Source: Candidatus Latescibacterota bacterium (GTDB lineage Bacteria > Latescibacterota > UBA2968 > UBA8231). Taken from it: DNA of 64,000 bases. The notes beneath the pieces were generated by a model. It had not been told where the DNA came from. It worked only from the letters and a program-made list of their open reading frames with translations, and made no database searches. The translations under genes and the position numbers were made by a program. Below, one piece after another: positions 11,363 to 20,319 of this stretch. Position 1 is the stretch's first letter. Each line of letters begins with the position of its first letter. The stretch spans positions 576,001-640,000 of the forward strand of contig CBDFJF010000001.1 of NCBI GenBank assembly GCA_965248265.1. The letters run 5' to 3'.

Positions 11363-13197
11363 CGGCTCGTCAACCACACAACAGCCACAAGAGTGATGGC
11401 AGCGCTCAGCACGGCGGCCGTGACGGCCGAGGAAAAACGGCCGTCGTGCAGGGTTCCGATCAACCAACCGCAGACGCGAACGCCTGCGCCGATCCCGCGC
11501 AGGCACAGCAACTCGACGGCCACATCGACGAACGTCGATACCCGGTCCGCCAACCAACAGACGGACCGCGCAATGGCCGTGTAGAGATCGTCGAACAGCA
11601 ATCCATTTCCTAGCAGATGCCTCAGGAGGTGCGGCGGACGGCCGGTGACACCCCTGGGGCTCGGTCTCAGGCGCCCCACCAGGACCCACGCCCATCCACA
11701 TCCGGCGAGCGTGAGCACGACGCAGGCGATTCCGACCGTGGACTCCACCAGCACCGCCGAGGGCATCGCGCCGACGTCAGCGAAAGCCCGCGGGATTGCA
11801 GCCGCCAGACGGATCGGAGAAGCCTGGTGACTGATTAACATCGCAATGACAGCAAGACCGGACAGACAGGCCATGAAGGCGACAGGAACTGTGGTCGAGC
11901 CCTCGCGGATCACAGTACGGGGATTGACACCCGTGAAAATGCCGAACAGCAGGCGGAAAAGGTGGAGGGAGGTAAGCAGCACGACCAGGCTTCCCAGAAT
12001 CGCGAAGGGAGTGCTCTCTGCCGCAGCTGCCTCCAGGAACGACAGCTGCACCCAGAAACTCGCGAACGGGGGCAACACCAACACGATGGTGGCTACCAGA
12101 GTGAACCGGTACGCCGTCTTCAAGTGGACCCGCAGACCACCAAGTGTGGACAGCTCAAAGGCCGCCGAACTCGCGCGCTCGGCCAGGCCGGTGGTGAGCA
12201 GGAGTACACATTTGACACAGGTATGAATCGACAACTGCAGCAATGCCACGGCCGGCATTCCCATGGACGCGAGGGTCAGGGCGATCGCGCCCTGGCTTGA
12301 GGTGGAATAGGCCAGCGACCGGCGGGGGTCGCGAGCGGCCGCGGCACAAGCCGCCATCAGCGCGGCACCGGCCAATCCAATGCCCGACAAACCTTCCGGA
12401 GACATCAGCTGCCAGGATCGAACCAGCAGGTAGAGACCGAGCGGGACCGCGAAGACGACCTGGATGAAGGTGGCTGCCGGCGTCCCTAACGACGCGCTTC
12501 GCTCCAACCAGGGATGCAACGGCCACATGCCAGTCCGGGCAATACCAGCCACCGCAATCGACAGGCCGATGACGGCAGTTGTCGAACCCCCCAAGACCTC
12601 CACGAAGGCGACGGAACCCAGGTGCAAGAGCATGAACACGAGCGCGCTCAGGAGTCCCAGCGAGGCGAGGCCCTGGAAGACCAAAGTCCGCGCCGCGGCC
12701 GGACCGTCGCCGCGCAAACGGACCAGCAGCCAGGTCGACAACGCGACTCCCTCCCAACCGGCATACAGCATACCGTAATTGTTGGCGATCACCGCCAAGA
12801 GTGCACAGGACACTCCGAAGTGGACGACGGCGTCCTGGCGGCGCTGCTGATGGAGTTCCTCAGTCTCAAATGCCGATTTGCATACATGGACCGCCAGGTT
12901 GGTCGAGGCCACGACGAAGGCTGTGATCGCGGACATTGGATCGATGAGAAAACCGGCCGTTATGACGGTGTCCTGCCCCAGGACGATCCAGGTCATGACA
13001 TCCCAGTTTGCTGTCACCGCTGTACCGCAGCTCAAGACCAGAAGCACCAGCGCACACAGCCAGGTGAGGGCGGCAGTATTGATACCACGCATGCGCAACG
13101 CGCCTGTAGATCGCGCGCCCGCTGTGGCGACGGCTCCTGCCAGTGGCGTGAGCAGAAGACCGTATGCGGCTATTTTCGTTAGCAGAACCAACTGCAT
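11359..13197 (-). CDS. nuoL: NADH-quinone oxidoreductase subunit L-like (divergent)
   Basis: GFLIDPMS, GWEGV, PLHPWL, LAYSTSSQ, IHTCVK and a C-terminal FDDLY lateral-helix region. Confidence 0.88.
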   Translation of the reverse strand: MQLVLLTKIAAYGLLLTPLAGAVATAGARSTGALRMRGINTAALTWLCALVLLVLSCGTAVTANWDVMTWIVLGQDTVITAGFLIDPMSAITAFVVASTNLAVHVCKSAFETEELHQQRRQDAVVHFGVSCALLAVIANNYGMLYAGWEGVALSTWLLVRLRGDGPAAARTLVFQGLASLGLLSALVFMLLHLGSVAFVEVLGGSTTAVIGLSIAVAGIARTGMWPLHPWLERSASLGTPAATFIQVVFAVPLGLYLLVRSWQLMSPEGLSGIGLAGAALMAACAAAARDPRRSLAYSTSSQGAIALTLASMGMPAVALLQLSIHTCVKCVLLLTTGLAERASSAAFELSTLGGLRVHLKTAYRFTLVATIVLVLPPFASFWVQLSFLEAAAAESTPFAILGSLVVLLTSLHLFRLLFGIFTGVNPRTVIREGSTTVPVAFMACLSGLAVIAMLISHQASPIRLAAAIPRAFADVGAMPSAVLVESTVGIACVVLTLAGCGWAWVLVGRLRPSPRGVTGRPPHLLRHLLGNGLLFDDLYTAIARSVCWLADRVSTFVDVAVELLCLRGIGAGVRVCGWLIGTLHDGRFSSAVTAAVLSAAITLVAVVWLTSR

Positions 13198-13509
13198 TTA
13201 GCCCTCGAACTCCGGCGATCGCTTGTCGAGATCGGTGTCACCACCGCGACGGTGGCGCAGGCACAGCAATGACAGCAGGACGACGGCTTGCCCTACACCG
13301 GCGGCCAACGTGATCAGGGCCATCACCTGGCCGGAATCGTCAGCATGAAAGTGTGCGAAGGCTGCGAGGGTGACGACGGCTCCCAACCCCATCAGCTGAA
13401 ACCCCAGGATGACGGCCAGAACGTTGCGCCGCAGGACGATGCCCGTTAGCCCGAGCCCGAACAGGAGCAAACCAAAAAGCGTAGTCACCTGCAGGATCGC
13501 CGCGCTCAT
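13198..13509 (-). CDS. nuoK: NADH-quinone oxidoreductase subunit K-like
   Basis: LFGLGLTGIVLRRN and GQVM motifs; both conserved Glu appear as Gln. Confidence 0.9.
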   Translation of the reverse strand: MSAAILQVTTLFGLLLFGLGLTGIVLRRNVLAVILGFQLMGLGAVVTLAAFAHFHADDSGQVMALITLAAGVGQAVVLLSLLCLRHRRGGDTDLDKRSPEFEG

Positions 13510-14093
13510 GGACCCTCCCCGGTACTGGCAGGATCATCTACCCGATTGGATTCGACAATCGCCAGCGTGGTGGCGAAAAGGACGAAGCCGATGACGATGA
13601 ATGACACCAAGTGTCTCCTCACCAGTAGACCGGTGAGTGACTCGCTATCGGCAACCACGCCATCGGCGACGATGGCGGCAGTGGTCTCCCCTTGGACGGC
13701 GACCGTTGGAGCTATCCCTGGAGTCGCCGCAATGACACCGAGCGCGACTACCAGGATTGCGGCCGCGCACAAGATCAGCCTTCGCCTCTTGGAATCCGAG
13801 GCGGCTCGCGGACCTTGCCGCGAGTGTCCCACGAGCGGAGTGCCCGATTCTTCTTGATTGACAACCATGTGACCTACGAGATAGACGGCGGCGATGACAC
13901 CACCCTGCATCAGGACTAGCCCGATGGCAACCAGTGGCGCATTCGCGAAGATCCCCACGATGCCGGCTGCGGCCAGGACCACCACGCCGAGAGCGAGAGC
14001 AGACCGAGTCACCGATCGACTGGTGGCGACGACGACGGCGGCGGCCACGGCGAGTGCTGCCAGTAACACGTACAGGACCAGACCGGAGATCAC
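13506..14093 (-). CDS. nuoJ: NADH-quinone oxidoreductase subunit J-like
   Basis: Multi-TM protein between nuoH and nuoK. GTG start at 14093 overlaps the nuoH stop (GTGA). Confidence 0.8.
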   Translation of the reverse strand: MISGLVLYVLLAALAVAAAVVVATSRSVTRSALALGVVVLAAAGIVGIFANAPLVAIGLVLMQGGVIAAVYLVGHMVVNQEESGTPLVGHSRQGPRAASDSKRRRLILCAAAILVVALGVIAATPGIAPTVAVQGETTAAIVADGVVADSESLTGLLVRRHLVSFIVIGFVLFATTLAIVESNRVDDPASTGEGP

Positions 14094-15115
14094 GCGTTTG
14101 TCATCATTTTCAGGAGCCGCGAACCGACCGCTACCATCAGCAGATTGGCAAAAGCCAGCGGCAGCAGGTATTTCCAGCCGACGGTGGCTGCGCGCTCGAG
14201 TACCAGCGACGGCAGGCTCGAACGGACCCAGAGAAACAGCAGGACGACAGCGGCGGTTTTGATGACGGTTGCGCTGGCCTGCACATGCGGCACTTCCCCG
14301 TTGCCGACGAGTCCGGGAATGTGCCACCCCCCCAGGTACAGGGTGACGAGGAAGGCGCTGGCGGCTATCAGATGCACCCGCTCCGCCACCAGCATCAAGG
14401 CCAAGTGGCGGCCGCTGTAGAGGCTGCCGAGGCGGCCGCCTCTGGTCGGGTCTCGCTGGGTGAGTGGACGCCAGGGGATAATCTGCAGGAGGGCGGCGAA
14501 GCAGACGACGAAACCCAACGGTTGAACCATCAGGTTCCAGGCGAGGATGACGTGTCCGTCGATCGCTGTCTGGGCGGCGATGATCTGGTCAAAACGAGCT
14601 GTTCCGCCGGCCGTTATGACTCCGAAAACGGCGACCCCGAGCGCCAGGTAACAGCTCAGCTGGCGCGCCACCAGACGCAGTCCTCCGAAATCACGAAAGC
14701 CTCCTATTTGAGCGCGGGTTCCGGCGATCAGACCAACCTGGAGAGCGATGAAGCCCAGGGCCATGACGTAGACGACCCCCAGGCTGGTGTGCCCTCCCCA
14801 CGCCGCCAGCGCTGTCCAGAGCCCACCACCATCACTCTGGCAAAACGGAACCACGGCGAGGGCGGTGAACGAAATGGCCAACAACAGAGGGGCGGCCCAC
14901 TTGCCGCCAGCTCCAGCCGCGGCCCGTGGCGATCTCTTTGACGCCAGCTTGATCAGATCGGCTACGGGGCGCAATCCGAAACCCGCCCGCTGGCGCCTGC
15001 CCGGCGCGGTCCGGTACTCAGCGAGCATGATCGCCATGACTCCGATCGCCGTACATAACAGCAGCGCGCCGTTGGAGCCCAGCGCGTTGATGAGTGGAAG
15101 GTCCTGGAAGGCCAA
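14090..15115 (-). CDS. nuoH: NADH-quinone oxidoreductase subunit H-like (divergent)
   Basis: PVADLIKL, GGLR, YSG, LYLGGW, WVRSSLP, GWKYLLPL. The TTG start at 15115 is approximate. Confidence 0.87.
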   Translation of the reverse strand: MAFQDLPLINALGSNGALLLCTAIGVMAIMLAEYRTAPGRRQRAGFGLRPVADLIKLASKRSPRAAAGAGGKWAAPLLLAISFTALAVVPFCQSDGGGLWTALAAWGGHTSLGVVYVMALGFIALQVGLIAGTRAQIGGFRDFGGLRLVARQLSCYLALGVAVFGVITAGGTARFDQIIAAQTAIDGHVILAWNLMVQPLGFVVCFAALLQIIPWRPLTQRDPTRGGRLGSLYSGRHLALMLVAERVHLIAASAFLVTLYLGGWHIPGLVGNGEVPHVQASATVIKTAAVVLLFLWVRSSLPSLVLERAATVGWKYLLPLAFANLLMVAVGSRLLKMMTNA

Positions 15116-15116
15116 T

Positions 15117-16796
15117 TCAGTCGGTATCCGCCGGCCGCTGTCTCGACAGCCAGTCTCGTTTGTTGTGATCGTCAACGGCCAGAAAACCACGTCGTTGCAG
15201 AGCGGTGGACCATCCACCGCCGTAGGCCTGTGCGATACCTGCCGCACCGAGCCCCGCACCCGGGTCCCCCTGATTCTGATCGAGGACAGTCTCGGCTTCC
15301 GCTATGACGGAGTTCGGCGCCGCGAATCGAACCGCCACTCGTTTGAGAATCTCGATATCGTCCAGGCACCCGGGAGCGGGTCCAACGGCCTTTTGCAACC
15401 GCTGAAGGTGCCCGTCGGCGTTGGTCATGGTACCGGCTTTTTCTGGGAAACTGCATCCTGGCAGCACGACCCGCGCCAGGGCGGCCAGTTCGTCCTGCAG
15501 GATATCCAGGACGACCAGATTGTCGGCAACAGCACCCAGGGCGCTGAGCTCGATGTCGTCCGGCCGAACGCCCGGTCCCCCACCCACAACGAAGGCCGCA
15601 CCGATCAATCCCTCCTGCAGTGCTTCCACCATCTGATCCATCCCCAGCAAACTCTGGCCCAGCTCTGCCGCCACCCCTTTGATGCCATGCGAATTCGCCG
15701 CCTTGTCGCCTCGAATCGTGAATCCACTCGGGTAGATCGTGTCGCCTTCCGTAGCGAGGGACTGCCGCAAGGATATCAATTCGGTGTCCCAGCCTTGAGC
15801 AAGGCGAATCAACAGACGGGCTTCCTCGTTCGTCATCTGGCCGCCGAGTATGACTCCGATCTGCTGTCCCTGAGAGCGGCAGGCGGTAAAAGCGAGATGA
15901 ATGGCCTCGCACGCGTCCTCCCAAGATGCGACAACGTCTGCAACGCCATCAGCTGACTGGATCAGGGGATGCGTCAACCGCTCCGAACTGTGGACGTAGT
16001 GCCATCCGTGACGTCCATCATCGCACATCCAGTACTCGTTGACATCCATGTTCACGCGGGGCTTGAGTCTCTTCACCTGATCGCCGGCAACATCGATGCG
16101 GATGTTGCATCCGGAGGAACAGCCGGTGCAGATCGAGTCGACACCGCGCAATCTCCAGGCCGGCTGCAGCTGGAAACGCTTGTCGATCAGAGCACCGGCC
16201 GGACACAGATCCACGGTGTTGCCGGACAGCCGATTGTCCATCTTTGACCCGGGAAAGGTAGCGACTTCGAGGCGGTCACCTCGATCGAACATCGACAGCT
16301 CTTCCGTACCGGTGACCTCCGCGCAGAAACGGACGCAACGGGTACAATGGATGCATTTCCCCGGGTCTATGGCAACGTGATCTCCCAGATCCCGAATTTC
16401 ACTCGCGCCCTTTTCGGGAAGCACGTATGGACCGTCGCCGCCGTAGGCGAAGCTGAATTCCTGTAACTCGCACTCTCCCGAATTGTCGCACGATGGACAT
16501 TCCAATGGGTGCCGCACCAGCTGGAACTCAAGCGCTGTAGCTCGCGCCTGCCTTACGGCCTCCGATTCCGTGCGCACCACCATGCTGTCCTGTACCTGCG
16601 CATCGCACGCCGTCGTCAAACGCCAGCCGTCGTCGTCTCGCACCTCTATCGCACATAGCCGACACAGTGCCGGAGTAGACAGGGCCGGATGAAAACACAG
16701 ATGGGGGACGAAAATTTCAGCCTCGAGAGCGCCCATGAGCAGATTGGCCCCGTCCTCGATCTCCAGCGCTCTGCCGTCCCATGTTATTCGGGCCAT
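15117..16796 (-). CDS. nuoG: NADH-quinone oxidoreductase subunit G-like (short form)
   Basis: Motifs for N1b (LCFHP...CRLC...TAC), N5 (HPLECPSCDNSGEC), N4 (CIHCTRC...CP) and N7 (CTGCSSGC...C). Confidence 0.93.
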   Translation of the reverse strand: MARITWDGRALEIEDGANLLMGALEAEIFVPHLCFHPALSTPALCRLCAIEVRDDDGWRLTTACDAQVQDSMVVRTESEAVRQARATALEFQLVRHPLECPSCDNSGECELQEFSFAYGGDGPYVLPEKGASEIRDLGDHVAIDPGKCIHCTRCVRFCAEVTGTEELSMFDRGDRLEVATFPGSKMDNRLSGNTVDLCPAGALIDKRFQLQPAWRLRGVDSICTGCSSGCNIRIDVAGDQVKRLKPRVNMDVNEYWMCDDGRHGWHYVHSSERLTHPLIQSADGVADVVASWEDACEAIHLAFTACRSQGQQIGVILGGQMTNEEARLLIRLAQGWDTELISLRQSLATEGDTIYPSGFTIRGDKAANSHGIKGVAAELGQSLLGMDQMVEALQEGLIGAAFVVGGGPGVRPDDIELSALGAVADNLVVLDILQDELAALARVVLPGCSFPEKAGTMTNADGHLQRLQKAVGPAPGCLDDIEILKRVAVRFAAPNSVIAEAETVLDQNQGDPGAGLGAAGIAQAYGGGWSTALQRRGFLAVDDHNKRDWLSRQRPADTD

Positions 16797-16797
16797 G

Positions 16798-18156
16798 TTA
16801 GTAACGCACGCTTACGCTATCCGGCACCCTGAACCCGGGGTCTTTCAGCTCCTGCATTGGGCAGGCTCCTGCCGTAGCGTGCGCCTCGAATTCGGCTCTG
16901 AACGAATGGAAGAAATCCTGCACGGTCCAAGCGAAGGCGCTACCGAATCCACACAGCGCCGTGGTCTGCTCAGGCCGGAGCCGGGGGGCGATCTGACGCG
17001 CCACGGATTCGATCAGCTTCACCTCGTCGGCGTCACCCCCCTTACCCTCCTCCAGTCGTTGCAGCAACTGGAGGATCCAACTCGAGCCCTCCCTGCACGG
17101 CGCGCACTGCCCGCACGATTCCACCGCATAGAAGCGCATCATCTGGATCGCCGTGTCCACCATGCAGGTGGTATCATCCAGGACGATGACCGCGCCGTTG
17201 CCGAAGGCTCCATCGATCGGTCCTGCGCCGGGTATCGCCCATTGTTGGGGGTCGAGATCGACATCGAGCTGCTGTGGCTGCAGAACCGTCGACAGTGTGC
17301 CACCGACGATGACCGCCTTGAGCGAGCGACCATCGGGTACACCACCGGCGTAGTCGTCTACCAACTCCCTCAGCGTCGCCTCGCCCAAAGCCAGTTCGTA
17401 CAAACCTGGACGACGCACGTGCCCGCTGACACAAAACACGCACGTACCTGGATAGGCATGCGTGCCGATGGTCCTGAACTCGACCGCACCGGCTGACAGA
17501 ATGTCAGGTAGATAGGCCAGGGTGCCGACGTTGTGGACAACGGCCGGCTCGCCAAAGAGGGTGCGTGGGGACGACGCCGGTGCCGGCTCAGGTCGTCCCC
17601 CTTCGAGCCCCTGTAGCAAGGCCGATTCCTCGGCGGCAATATGGGCACCACCCCCTGGATGCACGTAGACATCCAGGTCGAAACCACTGCCGGCAATATC
17701 ACGCCCCAGCCAGTTGGCTTTGTAGGCCTCGTCTATTGCCTGGTTGATGACGGTGGTTGGACGGGCAAGTTCACCTCTCACGCATAGATAGGCGACCCGT
17801 GCGCCAAGAGCTCGGGCGGCGATGAGTATACCTTCGAGAAGGCGATGAGGTACGCGCTCCATGAGCTTGCGGTCACGAAACAGACCCGGATCGGCATCGT
17901 AGGCATTGACACACAGGTAGGGCGGCGGTGCCGACGTCATCGCCGGCTGCGCCGACCGCCGCCACTTATCCGCGACCGGCTCCCAACCGCCGCCACGACC
18001 GCGCAGACCACTGGCGGCGACTTCCTCCAGCAGCTGCTGTTGGGTCATGGCCAACGCCTTGGCCGCTCCCCGATAGCCGCCGTGGGTGAGGTAGGCCTGG
18101 ATGCCCTCGATGTCGGGGATCTCGATATTCTTGAGGAGCAGTCTGTGCTCAGCCAT
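16798..18156 (-). CDS. nuoF: NADH-quinone oxidoreductase subunit F-like (remodelled nucleotide site)
   Basis: SGLRGRGG, PHRLLEG, SGHVRRPGLYE and the N3 motif ESCGQCAPCREG...LCGFG. Confidence 0.93.
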   Translation of the reverse strand: MAEHRLLLKNIEIPDIEGIQAYLTHGGYRGAAKALAMTQQQLLEEVAASGLRGRGGGWEPVADKWRRSAQPAMTSAPPPYLCVNAYDADPGLFRDRKLMERVPHRLLEGILIAARALGARVAYLCVRGELARPTTVINQAIDEAYKANWLGRDIAGSGFDLDVYVHPGGGAHIAAEESALLQGLEGGRPEPAPASSPRTLFGEPAVVHNVGTLAYLPDILSAGAVEFRTIGTHAYPGTCVFCVSGHVRRPGLYELALGEATLRELVDDYAGGVPDGRSLKAVIVGGTLSTVLQPQQLDVDLDPQQWAIPGAGPIDGAFGNGAVIVLDDTTCMVDTAIQMMRFYAVESCGQCAPCREGSSWILQLLQRLEEGKGGDADEVKLIESVARQIAPRLRPEQTTALCGFGSAFAWTVQDFFHSFRAEFEAHATAGACPMQELKDPGFRVPDSVSVRY

Positions 18157-18160
18157 GGCC

Positions 18161-18667
18161 TCAGTCCTCGATACGCTCTACGGTACGCTCTAGTAATTGA
18201 GTCAGTTTCTCGAGACTCAGGCTTTCATGCAGCTCGTCGTCTACGAGCATCACCGGAGCCGTGCTGCAGGATGCCAGACACGGAACACGTTCGAGGGTGA
18301 AATGGCCGTCCAGGGCCGTGTCCCCCGGCTCAATGCCGAGCGCGACACGCAGTTGGCCCAGAACCGTTTCAGCACCCATCAAGCGGCAGGAGAGGCCATC
18401 GCACACCCGCAGCCGGCTTCTACCAGCCGGCTTGTCAGTCCTCAGCAGGGGATAGAAACTGGCCACGCCGGCAGCTCGAACTGGAGGTATTGCCAACAGG
18501 TCGGCCACGTGGCCGATCACAGACGGTGAGCACCAGCCCCACTCTCGCTGTGCCAGCAGCAGGACCGGAAGAAGCGCACCGCCAGCCTCGGGATAGCGCT
18601 CCCGGATGCGCTGGTACTCGGCCTCCGTGTCCGGACCGAAAGCCAATTTGTCGATGGTCTGCTCCAT
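18161..18667 (-). CDS. nuoE: NADH-quinone oxidoreductase subunit E-like
   Basis: GVASFY and the 2Fe-2S motif CDGLSC...CLASC. Start at ATG 18667 (TGATG overlap). Confidence 0.93.
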   Translation of the reverse strand: MEQTIDKLAFGPDTEAEYQRIRERYPEAGGALLPVLLLAQREWGWCSPSVIGHVADLLAIPPVRAAGVASFYPLLRTDKPAGRSRLRVCDGLSCRLMGAETVLGQLRVALGIEPGDTALDGHFTLERVPCLASCSTAPVMLVDDELHESLSLEKLTQLLERTVERIED

Positions 18668-20319
18668 CACCGGTCCATCTCCGCAGGCACCACATTGAGA
18701 CTGCACAGAGCCTGGCGCGCTTGTGCCATCGGCAGATCGGCGACCAGGCCTCCGGCGACCTGAAAGTTCAACAACGAAGGCGAGCGCAGGTGGAGCCGGT
18801 AGGGCCGGTCGGTGCCGTCTGCGCACAAGAACACGCCGAGCTCGCCATTCGGACTCTCGGTCGCTTGGTAACACTGGGCGCCCGCCGGCAGGCGAAGGCC
18901 ATGCCCCTCCGTCCACAACTGCATGTGGCGGATCATTACCTCCACGCGTTCGCGCACTTGCTCGGACGTGCCCGGAAAAACGCGGGCGTCCTCGGTGCGC
19001 CAGGCACCGGTCGGCATCGACCGCAAAGCCCGTTCGATGAGGCCGGTACTCTCCACCATCTCCTCCATGCGCACCCGGCAGCGATCCAGCGCGTCGCCGT
19101 TCGAGCCAACGGGCACCTCGAAATCCAGCTCGCCATACGCCAGGTACGGCGTCGTCTTGCGCAGATCCGACTCCGTGCCGCAGGCACGCTGGACCGGACC
19201 ACTCAAACCCCATTCGGCGGCTTCATGGGCGCTCAGCGCTGCCACTCCGTCGACCAGGTCACGCCACAGGCGATTGCCCATGAGCTGCTTGTGCAACCGT
19301 GCCACCGCAACTCGTATCGACCGCGACAAGGCCAGCGCGCAGTTCATGAAATCATCCGGAAAATCGGCTGCCTGTCCCCCGATAGCCAGTAATCCGGTAC
19401 CGGTACCCACACCTCTCAACCGACCCATCGTCTCCAGTACTGCAGCACGCAGCTGCATGGCTTGTCGCCAAACTCTGTCGGCGCCGGCCGTCTCGGTTTG
19501 GATCGACAGCCAAGCCAGGTGTCCCGCGAGGCGGGAAAGCTCGGCGATGACGACACGCTGAAAGTTGCCTCTCGGTGGCACCTCGATTCCCAGCATCGCC
19601 TCGACCGCCAGTGCGAGGGTCAAGCTGGCGGCGTGAGGGGACTGGTCGTTCAGGCGTTCGCACACAACCATGTTCTGTATACAAGTCAACGACTCGGAGA
19701 GCTTCTCGATGCCACTGTGGGCAAATCCAGGCACCGGAGCAGCACGCACCACCCGGCCGGCCACCACCTCGAGGCGCATGCGCAGTGTCGGTATCGGCGC
19801 GACCAGAGCCGCGGTGTCCGGGCCAGTTGGCACAGGATTACCGGTTTCGCCCTCACCGAGCAAGGGATAGCGCTTGCGCAGCGGGTGAACGGAGGAGGGG
19901 GAGTGCAGGATCAGGGCTCGGGTCGTGGATCTGCCGGTAAAGCGGACCCCGAACATCTCCGCCACCTCACGCTCCTGCCAGTCTGCGCCCGGAAACAGAT
20001 CGGTGACGCTGGCCAGCGTGGTTTCTTCTGGATCGAAATCAGCACTCAATTGCAAACACGCAAAGGGTGTCTGGACTGACCGCAACTGGTAGACTATCCG
20101 CAGAGGCGCCGCCTCACCGGCGAGAGCGGACAGATCGACTGCAGTCATATCTGCGAGGGTGTAGCTTCCGTCCGTCCTCAGCGAGGTGAGCACCTCGTGC
20201 ACGGCATCCGCTTCCAGTACCAGCAATGTGCGTCCAGCAACTTCACGGATCTCGGCCGTCGGAAAGTTGACATGCAAGGTGGACAGCACGGTGTCGGCCT
20301 CGGCGAGTGTTTCAGCCAT
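18667..20319 (-). CDS. nuoCD: Fused NuoC/NuoD-like protein (quinone site degenerate)
   Basis: NuoC part WQEREVAEMFG...HPLRK. NuoD part GFAHSGIEK, GLSGPVQRA, ESPNGELG, RSPS and C-terminal EMDR. Start at ATG 20319. Confidence 0.9.
   Translation of the reverse strand: MAETLAEADTVLSTLHVNFPTAEIREVAGRTLLVLEADAVHEVLTSLRTDGSYTLADMTAVDLSALAGEAAPLRIVYQLRSVQTPFACLQLSADFDPEETTLASVTDLFPGADWQEREVAEMFGVRFTGRSTTRALILHSPSSVHPLRKRYPLLGEGETGNPVPTGPDTAALVAPIPTLRMRLEVVAGRVVRAAPVPGFAHSGIEKLSESLTCIQNMVVCERLNDQSPHAASLTLALAVEAMLGIEVPPRGNFQRVVIAELSRLAGHLAWLSIQTETAGADRVWRQAMQLRAAVLETMGRLRGVGTGTGLLAIGGQAADFPDDFMNCALALSRSIRVAVARLHKQLMGNRLWRDLVDGVAALSAHEAAEWGLSGPVQRACGTESDLRKTTPYLAYGELDFEVPVGSNGDALDRCRVRMEEMVESTGLIERALRSMPTGAWRTEDARVFPGTSEQVRERVEVMIRHMQLWTEGHGLRLPAGAQCYQATESPNGELGVFLCADGTDRPYRLHLRSPSLLNFQVAGGLVADLPMAQARQALCSLNVVPAEMDR

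Noticed and set aside
8340-14093. Mrp Na+/H+ antiporter operon
   Set aside because: Gene order and partners are those of nuo (H, J, K, L, M, N), and there is no MrpE/F/G.
13934-15956. nuoI or nuoB hidden in alternative frames (plus-strand ORFs 13934-14941 and 14787-15956)
   Set aside because: No CxxCxxCxxxCP or NuoB CC motifs; these are antisense shadows typical of high-GC DNA.
18667-20319. Group 4 [NiFe]-hydrogenase large subunit
   Set aside because: No RxCGxC or DPCxxC Ni-binding motifs; the C-terminus is NuoD-like (EMDR).
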